A stretch of 64,000 nt of DNA from Candidatus Gottesmanbacteria bacterium RIFCSPLOWO2_01_FULL_42_22 (GTDB lineage: Bacteria > Patescibacteriota > Microgenomatia > 2-02-FULL-39-11). Location: NCBI GenBank assembly GCA_001779315.1, contig MFJU01000006.1, positions 2,612-66,611 on the forward strand, in the 5' to 3' direction. Positions 17,501 to 26,096 of the stretch are shown in pieces. Positions within the stretch are counted from its first letter, which is position 1. Each line of letters opens with the position of its first letter. A program made the translations under genes and the position numbers. The notes below the pieces were generated by a model. It had not been told where the DNA came from. It saw only the letters and a program-made list of their open reading frames with translations, and did not search any database.

Positions 17501-18571
17501 GGATCCAAAGATGCCACCGCCAGCCTGATGCAGCAAAGACAGGCGAAAAAAGAGATTTTTCCGGTTGAGAAATGGGAGATGCATCTGTTTAAGCCCTCAG
17601 GTGAAGAAATTATTATTGCCGGGGGCAAATTCTGGCTTAAGAAAGATGCCGCGCAAAAAATTTGGCAGACAGGATCTTTGGAAAAATTATTTACCACTCT
17701 TAAGATCGAAGCTTCCGAAGAATTGCTGCCGGTGAAAGCGGAAAAGGAAACGAAAAGTCCCAAAGAAGAAGAGCAGTTTGAAAAGCTTTCCAAAAAACTG
17801 ATGGAGGAACTGCGGAAATTCTTCCGGCCGGAACTGCTTAACCGTTTCGATGAGGTAACCATTTTTCGCCCCTTGGGACCGGAGCACATGCTGGAGATCG
17901 TTGACCTGCAGATGACTACCTTGATTAAAATCCTCCAGGAACAGGGCATTGGTCTGGCTGTTTCCCCCAGCGCCAAACTTTACCTGGCCGAGATCGGTTT
18001 CGACCCGATCTTCGGCGCCCGGCCTTTGAGAAGGACAATCCAGAGAGTGATTGAAAATCCGGTTTCCTCCTTTCTTATTAAAGGGGAGTTGTCAGCCGGA
18101 GACACGATCAATGTCGACTACAACAACAAGGAACTCACTTTCGATATTAAAAAAATGGTTCCTCTGAAAACTGCTGATAAACAGGCAGATGAAAAAGCTG
18201 TCACACCTGAAGAACCTAAAGATAATTATCTCTGCCAGACGTGCGGTCATGCCTGGTCAGTTGAGAAAGGCCTAAAAACGGAAATTTGCCCTGCCTGCCA
18301 GGCTACAGCTATTGCCTTGGTTGTCCCTGCCAAGGAAGAAAAGGCGGTTGCTGAAGTTGCTCCGCCGCCGGTAGCAGCGGTTACAGAAACCCCGTCATCA
18401 CAAGTCCCGACGCCGCCGCCGGCAGCCAATCCGCCAGCCAGTCCTCCGGTTAATCCCCCGCCTTACCAAAATCCGTTGGAAAATTATTTTACTGCTACAG
18501 CCGACAGTGCCCAGGGACAAGCGGCGGCACCCTCGAGGGATCCAAACGCTCCCCCAGCAACTACTGTCTGA
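14537..18571 (+). CDS. ClpC-like Hsp100 AAA+ ATPase with large insertion in NBD2, C-terminal Zn ribbon and low-complexity ends
   Basis: Two Clp_N repeats (EHVLWAL, EHILLAL), NBD1 [14 protein letters not shown], short coiled M-domain, NBD2 [43 protein letters not shown]. Confidence 0.92.
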   Translation: MPGQLFKFTKYFKKDQIKNQPDDTTSQVQEGSTAVTYSQASPSQSPPQAPIQSGQAYSGIGKPSGSQQAYSGIGNPPTPPPPPTASDQNAAGQAGKTGQNAASSIDMGKRVGMDVLSRMTQRSNDILLKAVTKVKELKGQHIDTEHVLWALLSDSAIYQLISDCKAVPSEIQAELEKSFKKGNFSGNPQFSPRIKRVLELSLSTAKSLGYEFISPEHILLALSHEGEGLAAQVLNKFHLTQQVLNQKITGKKELEKKEDARKQTTLEQFTDDLTAKAARGELDPVVGRSWEIERVIHILSRRTKNNPVLIGDAGVGKTAIVEGMAQRIATGDVPETLLHKRILQLDLMSLIAGARHRGEFEERLKNLIKEVKSAAGSIILFIDELHNMVGAGSGGEGTMDASNILKPSLARGELQVVGTTTVTEYRKYIEKDPALERRFQPIIVAEPTKDIAVEMLLAIRDKYEAFHRVKIPDETVEEAVRLSQRYIADRFLPDKAVDLIDEAAAAVRLPAISLPEEIKSSENKLKKLEHEKGEAEKAGDTVRFESLKREIDDIGKSLTELKEQYQIKKSTTTNSVNKEVIAEIVARWTNIPVSRLTESEAVKLMELEKTIHKRLIDQEEAVSAVSEAVRRGRAGLKSNKRPIGSFIFMGPTGVGKTELAKSLAEILFGSEEMMVRLDMTEYMEKHEVAKLIGAPPGYVGYDEGGQLTEAVRRRPYSVVLLDEIEKAHPDVFNILIQLLDDGRLTDNKGHTVSFKNSIIICTSNLGSSIIQEEMLSWEQGNLPASMLKEKTKMIRTYVISPTGREIISLDGILWQKDPGQTLWKKSDLKEYFAGNQTIGVAPQEPTTEQSPQTDKTQPQNQAQASGNFPGSFDTHVIGADGSETITSDDTLWFRTSTISKEWHSSKLLENLKDHIVINAKPDKPEEQLPTAKLDSHAVNLKNEEFISLNDRFWMRPNLQVKDWTTGTLGEYFADASVEEEAVANEAKPGSKDATASLMQQRQAKKEIFPVEKWEMHLFKPSGEEIIIAGGKFWLKKDAAQKIWQTGSLEKLFTTLKIEASEELLPVKAEKETKSPKEEEQFEKLSKKLMEELRKFFRPELLNRFDEVTIFRPLGPEHMLEIVDLQMTTLIKILQEQGIGLAVSPSAKLYLAEIGFDPIFGARPLRRTIQRVIENPVSSFLIKGELSAGDTINVDYNNKELTFDIKKMVPLKTADKQADEKAVTPEEPKDNYLCQTCGHAWSVEKGLKTEICPACQATAIALVVPAKEEKAVAEVAPPPVAAVTETPSSQVPTPPPAANPPASPPVNPPPYQNPLENYFTATADSAQGQAAAPSRDPNAPPATTV

Positions 18572-19256
18572 CATCATTTTGCTGAAGTTTTTTCCCCAGA
18601 GACAGACATAAGAAAACCGATAAATCGATGGCAGCCGCAATTGACAGATAAATATTCAGTTTTGCTAAATATGAAGAGACGCTATCGATAAAGCGCTGAT
18701 TCGCTTCAATTGAGAGGCCGGACAAATGGCCGGCTAAGAGCAAAAGCAGTAAAATGGGTAAAACCATCACAAAACTTTTTAAATCCCTTTTGCTGGAAAA
18801 CATGCCTGAAGTAATTTGAAATAGGGCAATAAACCCCATTATTTTAAAGATAAAATTTTCGCTTTTTAAAAGCATTGACACGTCGCCGATCAGAAATATA
18901 CCGGCCAGCCAAACACAGGCAATTCCGGCAAACATGGGGGCAAGTCCGATCAGGCTTAATCTGAACGGATCGGCATGCCCGACCATGAGATGACCGGCTT
19001 TGACTTCCCCGTTTTTTTCAAATGTTGGAAAGATAGTCATCGAGCCGGTGGGAACGCGCAAAATAGTGGCCATCAGAAAGTGCGATAGCTCATGAACTAT
19101 TGTTCCCGGCAGAAAAGTCAGGGCAATAATCCAGACGGAAAGATGTTTCCGGCGGCTGATCTGAAATACAAACTGGAAAAAATACTTGACCGATTTTTTT
19201 ACAATGAGATATATCAGTATTATTAGTAAAAAGAAGAGAATCAGTTGCAGAAGCAT
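18561..19256 (-). CDS. M50-like intramembrane zinc metalloprotease
   Basis: [11 protein letters not shown] (HExxH) within TM context, IGLAP, FSSKRD. Confidence 0.7.
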   Translation of the reverse strand: MLLQLILFFLLIILIYLIVKKSVKYFFQFVFQISRRKHLSVWIIALTFLPGTIVHELSHFLMATILRVPTGSMTIFPTFEKNGEVKAGHLMVGHADPFRLSLIGLAPMFAGIACVWLAGIFLIGDVSMLLKSENFIFKIMGFIALFQITSGMFSSKRDLKSFVMVLPILLLLLLAGHLSGLSIEANQRFIDSVSSYLAKLNIYLSIAAAIDLSVFLCLSLGKKLQQNDVRQ

Positions 19257-19279
19257 GATTGGCTTTTTTTATACTTGTC

Positions 19280-21022
19280 TTATCCTTGACGATGATCCTC
19301 AAGAACCGTTCCGCTTTCCAAACCCTGTTGGATTTGCGAGGAAAACATAGCGGCCATCAGCATCATCAGCTTTAGTTTATCTGCTAAATGCATGTTTCTG
19401 ACCACTTCTATACCATCAAACTCATGGATTATTTTATTTGCTTCAAGACGTTTAAATAGAAGGTTATTCAACTCGGATTCAGGCAGATTTTTTTCGGTTT
19501 CGGTAAGAGTAGATCTGACTACCCTTTCATTATGATGTTCCAGCCAGGCAGCCGGATCACCAATTTCCATAAGATCGATGCCCATAGTTTCCATTCTTTC
19601 GTTAACTCCGTCAAAAAGAGTTTCATCTGTGCATAAACTCTTGATAAATGTTTTTTCACCTGGACTCAATTGCATTCCTGTTTCTTTAACTAATTGATCG
19701 TACGTTCCATCAAAGTCAAAAAAAATACTCCCCTTTTTCCTGGCAATATGCTGGAAGCGGGCTCCTAATACAAGAATCCCGACGCGTGATAATTGTCCAT
19801 TTATTATATCCTGGTATAATTGCTCAGGTTCTTTCGAGACTTGTTGAAGCAGAGGACGAATAATTTCATTATCGAATTTAAATAAGCCTACATCAAGAGT
19901 TTTTAATACATTCGGGTCTGAAAATTCTTTATTTATTTTTTCCAGGACAGGCTTAAGTATATTCTGCATATTTTCCGGCAATCCTTTTATATACTCTTCG
20001 CCGGACATCTCCTGGAAATGGCTGTAAAGAAGGCCTGCTACCATCTGTTTGTTTCTGGCCAGCGCTTTGGGGGCAAGTTTAATGTCGCCGTTATTTAACG
20101 AGGTATATCCCTCGTAGAGATATTCCAGCCAGGCGATCATCTGGTTTGGCGAAAAGACTTTTTTTAATGCTTCCGGATCATTGACATCAATCCCGTCAGC
20201 CAGCGCCAGTATGTCGTGAATGGTATTCTTAGTCTCGTTATAAACAATCTCTTCAGGGCCAAGATTTTCCATATCCTCAGGTTCTTGAGGCTGTTTTTGT
20301 TCCTGTTGCCCTTTCACCGTATCATCCCGGCCTATAAATCTTATTGTCACCCTGTCATTTAGCCGCTTATCCGGTTTTTCGGTTTTTAATATAGCTGTTT
20401 TTGCCTTAAGCCTGAAAGCATATTGAGTCAATGGGTCCAGTGCATCAAAACCACTGTCATTGGCAGCAGGATTTTTTGTATCAGCCTTCCAGATGGATCT
20501 GGCCCTGGAAGTTATTTCTTCATTCCATTGTGCCAATGTGACAGGTTCGTCCCTTCCTGTAATTGTAACTTCTGTACATTCGGCCAGATTTTCCAACGTT
20601 GCAGTAGCATCATCGTGAATTTGTTGTTGATCATCCGTTTCGGCCGGAGTCGCCTTCAGGCGTTCTAAATTATCAATTACCTCTGCAAATGATTCTTGTT
20701 GAAGTTTTACAATTTGTTCCGCAGTTCTCTCTTTGGCAGGAGTTTCAAAAAAACTGCTTAACCTTTTTCTCGCTTCCTCAATTTCTTCATCAGCGCGGGA
20801 AACAGTATCAGCCAATGAAGCCCTTATTTTTTCATCTTCAATTGAAGTTAGTTGTGTGGCAATTTCTCCCGGGGTGGATTCACGGACGGATTTACCTTTA
20901 TCCAGCAATTGATTAGCCCGCAAAGTAGCAGAATTCAACTTGCCTATCTCTAAAGGTTTAAGTTTTTCTCCTGCCATTATTTGTCGCGGAATTGCTTCGA
21001 CTGCAGGGAGTGCTATGGTCAT
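19280..21022 (-). CDS. Hypothetical protein (580 aa, helical, acidic)
   Basis: Long ORF, no recognisable motif, short hydrophobic stretch near C-terminus. Confidence 0.7.
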   Translation of the reverse strand: MTIALPAVEAIPRQIMAGEKLKPLEIGKLNSATLRANQLLDKGKSVRESTPGEIATQLTSIEDEKIRASLADTVSRADEEIEEARKRLSSFFETPAKERTAEQIVKLQQESFAEVIDNLERLKATPAETDDQQQIHDDATATLENLAECTEVTITGRDEPVTLAQWNEEITSRARSIWKADTKNPAANDSGFDALDPLTQYAFRLKAKTAILKTEKPDKRLNDRVTIRFIGRDDTVKGQQEQKQPQEPEDMENLGPEEIVYNETKNTIHDILALADGIDVNDPEALKKVFSPNQMIAWLEYLYEGYTSLNNGDIKLAPKALARNKQMVAGLLYSHFQEMSGEEYIKGLPENMQNILKPVLEKINKEFSDPNVLKTLDVGLFKFDNEIIRPLLQQVSKEPEQLYQDIINGQLSRVGILVLGARFQHIARKKGSIFFDFDGTYDQLVKETGMQLSPGEKTFIKSLCTDETLFDGVNERMETMGIDLMEIGDPAAWLEHHNERVVRSTLTETEKNLPESELNNLLFKRLEANKIIHEFDGIEVVRNMHLADKLKLMMLMAAMFSSQIQQGLESGTVLEDHRQG

Positions 21023-21114
21023 ATATTGTTACTATTACATAACATACACCCAATATCAACGCAGATAGCAGATTGGTTGATAGGTGAAGGTGGGTGTGTT
21101 ATCTTTGATGTAAC
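21023..21114. promoter_or_regulatory. Mirror-symmetric divergent promoter region
   Basis: Both directions read GTTGATA...TGGGTGT(AT)GTTAT...GTAAC just before the start codon. Confidence 0.55.
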
Positions 21115-24100
21115 ATGCCCGACGAACCCTTGCCGGCAAATATTCATCCTGCAGACACAAATGGTAACCTAGACAATCCACCACTTGCTGATGATGCTTC
21201 CGGCGGTTCAAACAGTGGCGTTTCAAGCGGACTTGATAATAGTTTCACTCCCAGAGCCGGCGGTTGGTCAAGAGGTGAGGCAGTCAGAGGTGAGTACCGG
21301 GGTAAAACCGAAATTTTGACACCGGAAAGTGAAATTGATTTCGGACCGGAAACGGAATACCGCCTATGGCGCAAAGTCAACGAATTGTCCAGCATCATGG
21401 GTGACAACCCGGGAGTGGGACTGACGGGTTTATATATAAAAGATAAAAATGCAGATTGGCGGACACAAGCGATATCAGCATCATGGCAGGAATTCGGAGG
21501 TATCCTAGACCAACTGGATATTATCAGCCAACAGCTGGCTGAAAAAGCCGTTGAGATAGCGGCAGCAACAGTCGGTCCTACAAAGACAAAGCTTGAAAAT
21601 GAGCGGGATGTGTTTATAAAAGAGAGGGATAAGCTTATAAAGGTGAAGGATGAAAGGTCACAAACCCTATCAGGACAGCACATATTTGGCGGGATTGTTG
21701 AAGCGATGCAGGCCAACTATTTTGTCGCCCAGCAGGAATTGGCAATTTCAGCTCAAGTCGGCTTAGCCCTCTCCAAAGACCAGGATAGAAATTTAGCTTT
21801 TGTTTTACCAACCCCCCAGGATATTGACATAATCTTACAGCAGGCGATTCCTGCTGCTGACAGAGGGAAATTAATCTACCTGAAAGAGAAGTTGGGCATA
21901 AAAGGATTATCGGATAAATTAAAAGCAAAACATCTCTATTTAATTTTGAGCGAGCTGGCTGTTGGAGGGGCTGCTGATTTGGCCGTGACACAGTTATTAA
22001 ATAATCCGTCACTGGGGAAAGCTGCCGGAATTGGCGGAGTTGCTTTGGCGGGTTTACACTCGGCAGCACTTATCTTCCGTTCTGTAGGAAAAGCAGTAGA
22101 GAGAGGGCATGCTGAATGGCAGCTGGCCCAGCCTGAAGGAAAACCTGAAGAAAAACTCACATTTAAATTGACTCTGACTGATACTGGCAGACGGCTGACC
22201 AGAGATCCTAATAATCCCATTTCCAGGCATTTCTCGGGGGTGGAGGGGACAAGGAATGCCGTCAGATTTCTGACAGAAAGCGAGACCGTCCGCGCGGAAA
22301 TCGCCCATTCTCTTAGGGTGGAGCCTTGGCAGATAGATCTGGCAGCTCCTAAAATGGCAATTGCCGAAGGCCGCGGCCAGGATACAATTTTGAACGGTTT
22401 AGCCCAGGATTATAAGGTCATAATTTTAGAGAGGCAGTTCAAACATGCGGATGGCTCTGTTATGCGTTTTGACGAATTGACGTTGGAACAGCAATCAGAT
22501 GTCTGGAGCCGGGCAATAGATATGGCCATGCAGCAATTCGGCGGAGATGATATCCGGAGAAAACTTGAGGAAGTAGCCAAGCGGGAAGCCAGAGGAGAGA
22601 GACCGGAAAGGTTTGAGGGAAGGAATGGAGAATTAATGGAACGGGCCCAGCAACTTCGAAGCGGTCAGTTCACCGAGGAAACTGCATCATCCCAAACAGC
22701 TGCCGAATTATCAAAGGAAAAACAAAAGAAACAGAATAGTATGGAACGGATGGCAGCGGCTAAAGAAAGACTGATAACTTTGGCAGTGGAAATTACTACT
22801 AAGGAAAATGAACGGGCTAGCGCTCAAGAAAATTTAGCTTCTGCCAAAGATGTCAGGGGTAGGCCGACCGTGATAAAGATTGATCCGACAGATTCTAACA
22901 AAATTATTGTCGTCAGTAAGGGGACGGGAGAGATCGGGCAACTGGAGGAACAAAAAAAGCGTGCAGAGGCGCAATATCAAACAGCTTTTGAAGCTAATGG
23001 AAGTTACGTTTTAAACGCATCAGGAGTATACGTATCCCAAGGCCTGACAAATAATATTGTTCAAGCTGATTATCAGCTATCTAGGGCAACGGACAGAAGG
23101 ATGCAGGCAGAAAGGACTTTAAAAGAGAGAACAGAAAAACTTAAGCGTTTAAAACAAGAGTTTGCCCGAAATGAAACAGCAACTAAAAAACTATCCCCAG
23201 ATACTGTTACACAAAAGAAAAATGAAATTGAACAGCTTGAAAAAGATGATATTACAGCTGAAGGCAGTATTGCCCAATCTGATGAAGAATTTAAAAAAAC
23301 TACTGAAGAGGAAGCGGGCAAAAAAGCGCTAAGTAAAAACCTTCATGATATCTACGATAAAAATGATAGACTGATTCAAAAACTTGACGGAGAAGCTACC
23401 CAGGTGGGTTCATTAGCCTGGTTTGATGCTCAAATTATTGCCGCTGTCGAGGATGTCGCTAATAAGGAAAAGGTCGTTAAGCAGAAAAAGCGTGAATTAC
23501 AAAGACTGCTGAAAGATCGAAATCAGCTTCTGACCGATGCTTTTGGGAAAGGCATCGCCGGTCAAAATCCTTCCGTTGCCGCAATTGCAGATATCATCTC
23601 CTCAGCCAACTCCGACCTGACAAAGACAGAAGAGGAAATTGCTAATCTTCAGACATTGGAAGCGGCCGGAGGCAGGAAACCGACTGAGGAGGAATTAGAA
23701 AGGGCTGACGCCATTGAACTGGCAGCCGGCTTGGAAACACCTGAAAAAATCAACGAATTGGAAATGATACTCCTCCGCGGTGGATTAACGAAAGAACTTG
23801 TGGTGACACATGGTGATAAAGGTATCCGTTTGCTCTATGAAGCTATGTTCGGAAGCACTGCCGTCCTGGAAGGGAAGGGCGGTAAATATCGTTTAGCCAG
23901 GAGACTGCTTTCCAAAGGCATGATCGTGGATAAGGCTATTGTCTCTTCAGGACTTTGGGGAATCGCTGAAAACCTGGATGCTTTTTTCGGAGGCAGGAGC
24001 GATTTAAAAGCAGAATATCATAAGGCACAAACCAATATTGCCTTAATTGAAACTTACAGGAGGGAAATCGCTGAACTTCGCATAAGGGGAGAAAATGATA

Positions 24101-25191
24101 AGGCAAACGGAAGGCTGGTGGACATAAGGCGATTGCAGCAGGAAAACGACCTGAAGCTGGGCCTGGTCTACGATGAGCTGGTGACTCCCCTATTATGTTT
24201 GGATGAAGTTAAGACAGCCGGTCTGATGATATCCCTTGCCGATGATATTTACGAAAGATGTAAGCAATACAATCCCTTTGGTGAAATAATCGGCCACCCG
24301 CAGCAATTTCAGGACAGGGAAATACGATCGACAGCCAATGGGGAGGTTACGGTCTATTATCCGGAGAGGAATGACAATGGCAGTCTTAAAAAAAGATCAA
24401 CCGTTATTGTGGAAAACCCAGGAGGAAATAACGGTATCCGCTATGAGGTTGGTATTGACAATACTGCTCCTGAAGGAAAATTACAGTTGACTGCCGCTGT
24501 TCCCAAATCAGACCAAATCCTTGACAAATTACCGGATACAGTTGTTTCCACAATGCCGGAAGAACTCAAATTTTTCTTTTACGATCCGCTAACGTTAAAT
24601 AAACGGGCAGATATTTCCCGGATCAATGCTTTTATTGACGGATTGACCGATGTTGCAGCCGTACAGGCTCTAACTGGAAATAAGGCGATCATCAGAATGC
24701 TGTTTAAGGTTACCAGTGAAGGCCCGCCGATAACCTACGGGGATAAAATAGCATCATCAGAAATAGCCCAGTTTGTCATTAGAAGAGATGCGGTTACTAT
24801 TTCAGATTTAACCGCGCTGGAATCGGAAATAGATGCAATACTGACAGGTACACAAGCTGACTTTATGCATTCGCTGGGTAATGCCTTAATTTATAACTCT
24901 TCAGAAGAAAACCGGCAACTTTATCAGGAGCACTTTCGCAGAGTTGGTATAGTCCCTTCACCCCAGACTTTTGCCGGGTGTGACTATTTTGTGATTCAGA
25001 ATGAATCAGGCAGACTGATTGCATATTATCAAAATCCATCTAATAATCGAGATGAGTCGTTAGAGTTGTATCAGATAATTGAGCAAAGGAGAATCCCTTC
25101 CTTAAATTATAATCTAAGCCAGGATGAGATTAATGCCTTGCTTCAGAGGGCAGCTGCTGAAGGATTTACAGCAATGCGGAAAGTCAGTTAA
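21115..25191 (+). CDS. Large hypothetical coiled-coil protein (1358 aa) with an internal hydrophobic hairpin
   Basis: Long ORF with heptad-rich K/E segments and a Gly/Ala-rich hydrophobic pair around aa 275-325. Confidence 0.75.
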   Translation: MPDEPLPANIHPADTNGNLDNPPLADDASGGSNSGVSSGLDNSFTPRAGGWSRGEAVRGEYRGKTEILTPESEIDFGPETEYRLWRKVNELSSIMGDNPGVGLTGLYIKDKNADWRTQAISASWQEFGGILDQLDIISQQLAEKAVEIAAATVGPTKTKLENERDVFIKERDKLIKVKDERSQTLSGQHIFGGIVEAMQANYFVAQQELAISAQVGLALSKDQDRNLAFVLPTPQDIDIILQQAIPAADRGKLIYLKEKLGIKGLSDKLKAKHLYLILSELAVGGAADLAVTQLLNNPSLGKAAGIGGVALAGLHSAALIFRSVGKAVERGHAEWQLAQPEGKPEEKLTFKLTLTDTGRRLTRDPNNPISRHFSGVEGTRNAVRFLTESETVRAEIAHSLRVEPWQIDLAAPKMAIAEGRGQDTILNGLAQDYKVIILERQFKHADGSVMRFDELTLEQQSDVWSRAIDMAMQQFGGDDIRRKLEEVAKREARGERPERFEGRNGELMERAQQLRSGQFTEETASSQTAAELSKEKQKKQNSMERMAAAKERLITLAVEITTKENERASAQENLASAKDVRGRPTVIKIDPTDSNKIIVVSKGTGEIGQLEEQKKRAEAQYQTAFEANGSYVLNASGVYVSQGLTNNIVQADYQLSRATDRRMQAERTLKERTEKLKRLKQEFARNETATKKLSPDTVTQKKNEIEQLEKDDITAEGSIAQSDEEFKKTTEEEAGKKALSKNLHDIYDKNDRLIQKLDGEATQVGSLAWFDAQIIAAVEDVANKEKVVKQKKRELQRLLKDRNQLLTDAFGKGIAGQNPSVAAIADIISSANSDLTKTEEEIANLQTLEAAGGRKPTEEELERADAIELAAGLETPEKINELEMILLRGGLTKELVVTHGDKGIRLLYEAMFGSTAVLEGKGGKYRLARRLLSKGMIVDKAIVSSGLWGIAENLDAFFGGRSDLKAEYHKAQTNIALIETYRREIAELRIRGENDKANGRLVDIRRLQQENDLKLGLVYDELVTPLLCLDEVKTAGLMISLADDIYERCKQYNPFGEIIGHPQQFQDREIRSTANGEVTVYYPERNDNGSLKKRSTVIVENPGGNNGIRYEVGIDNTAPEGKLQLTAAVPKSDQILDKLPDTVVSTMPEELKFFFYDPLTLNKRADISRINAFIDGLTDVAAVQALTGNKAIIRMLFKVTSEGPPITYGDKIASSEIAQFVIRRDAVTISDLTALESEIDAILTGTQADFMHSLGNALIYNSSEENRQLYQEHFRRVGIVPSPQTFAGCDYFVIQNESGRLIAYYQNPSNNRDESLELYQIIEQRRIPSLNYNLSQDEINALLQRAAAEGFTAMRKVS

Positions 25192-25209
25192 TATAAATAA
25201 AATGTAAAT

Positions 25210-25563
25210 ATGCAGATATCCTTAAAATCACTTTTGCTGGCAGCCAATTATCCCGAGGAGGAAGTAGGGCTACTCCTGTCAAAAGAAGAATTTTTAACTG
25301 ATGAGGAAAAATTTAAGCTGACTGAAACCGCCTGGTATTTGATCTCCCAAAAATATATTTCAATGCAGAATTTACATAATACTCAGGTTTGGAGGGAGAT
25401 TGGTGAAGGTAAGAGAAAATATAATAAGAATGATTTCGAAGAAATTAAGGCAAGATTAATTCACGAAATAATCGAAAAACTGGAAATCACAAATGAACAA
25501 ACACTAATTGATGAAGTCCGGCAAAAGCTGGAGAAATTTAAAACTGAAAAAGCTAATTCCTGA
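25210..25563 (+). CDS. Hypothetical protein
   Basis: 117-aa charged helical ORF directly following the 1358-aa gene. Confidence 0.65.
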   Translation: MQISLKSLLLAANYPEEEVGLLLSKEEFLTDEEKFKLTETAWYLISQKYISMQNLHNTQVWREIGEGKRKYNKNDFEEIKARLIHEIIEKLEITNEQTLIDEVRQKLEKFKTEKANS

Positions 25564-25673
25564 AATTTTAAAAATCCAATTTTAATTAGGAAATGTTCTC
25601 CGTTTCCTTTCCCGTAAAAATTAAGTATCATTTAGGATAGAAGCAGATAATGCGTTCGTATTAGTTTCAATCT

Positions 25674-26096
25674 ATGGATTCCGTAAATGTCTTTACTGAT
25701 GGGGGAGCCAGGGGCAATCCGGGGCCGGCGGCTATCGGTGCGGTAATAATAGCCGAACCTGGAATAAAGACCTATAGGATTTCGCGAAAAATTGGCTCAA
25801 CTACCAATAACGATGCCGAGTACCAGGCGGTTTTGGCCGCCCTAGTTTTTTTGAAGGATTCTAAAAATATATTGGGAATTTACGAAAAAACTGTTATTAA
25901 TTTCTATTCCGATTCGACTTTGATCGTCAATCAGATTAACGGGCTGTTTAAAATTAAGCAGCCCCTTTTTAAGGAATATTTTTTGAAAATCAGATACCTG
26001 GAGCAGGAAATAAAAGCTAATATATATTACCGGACAATACCCAGGGAAAAAAATACGGAAGCTGATAAACTGGTTAATCAGGCTTTAGATGAATAA
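25674..26096 (+). CDS. rnhA: Ribonuclease HI
   Basis: FTDGGARGNPGPA, TNNDAEY, YSDS, PREKNTEADKL. Confidence 0.93.
   Translation: MDSVNVFTDGGARGNPGPAAIGAVIIAEPGIKTYRISRKIGSTTNNDAEYQAVLAALVFLKDSKNILGIYEKTVINFYSDSTLIVNQINGLFKIKQPLFKEYFLKIRYLEQEIKANIYYRTIPREKNTEADKLVNQALDE

Noticed and set aside
16850-17760. Clp insertion as an intein
   Set aside because: No Cys/Ser-start and His-Asn-end splicing motifs or LAGLIDADG blocks; it is a four-repeat Trp-patterned domain instead.
17116-17976. 286-aa minus-strand ORF
   Set aside because: Entirely antisense to the Clp ATPase, with no motifs of its own.
14537-18571. Calling the gene clpB
   Set aside because: The middle domain is only ~50 aa (ClpC-like), not the long ClpB coiled coil; no symbol assigned given the atypical architecture.
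8785-25563. Integrated conjugative element or prophage
   Set aside because: No relaxase, integrase, att repeats or phage structural genes; T4SS-like genes are interspersed with core genes.
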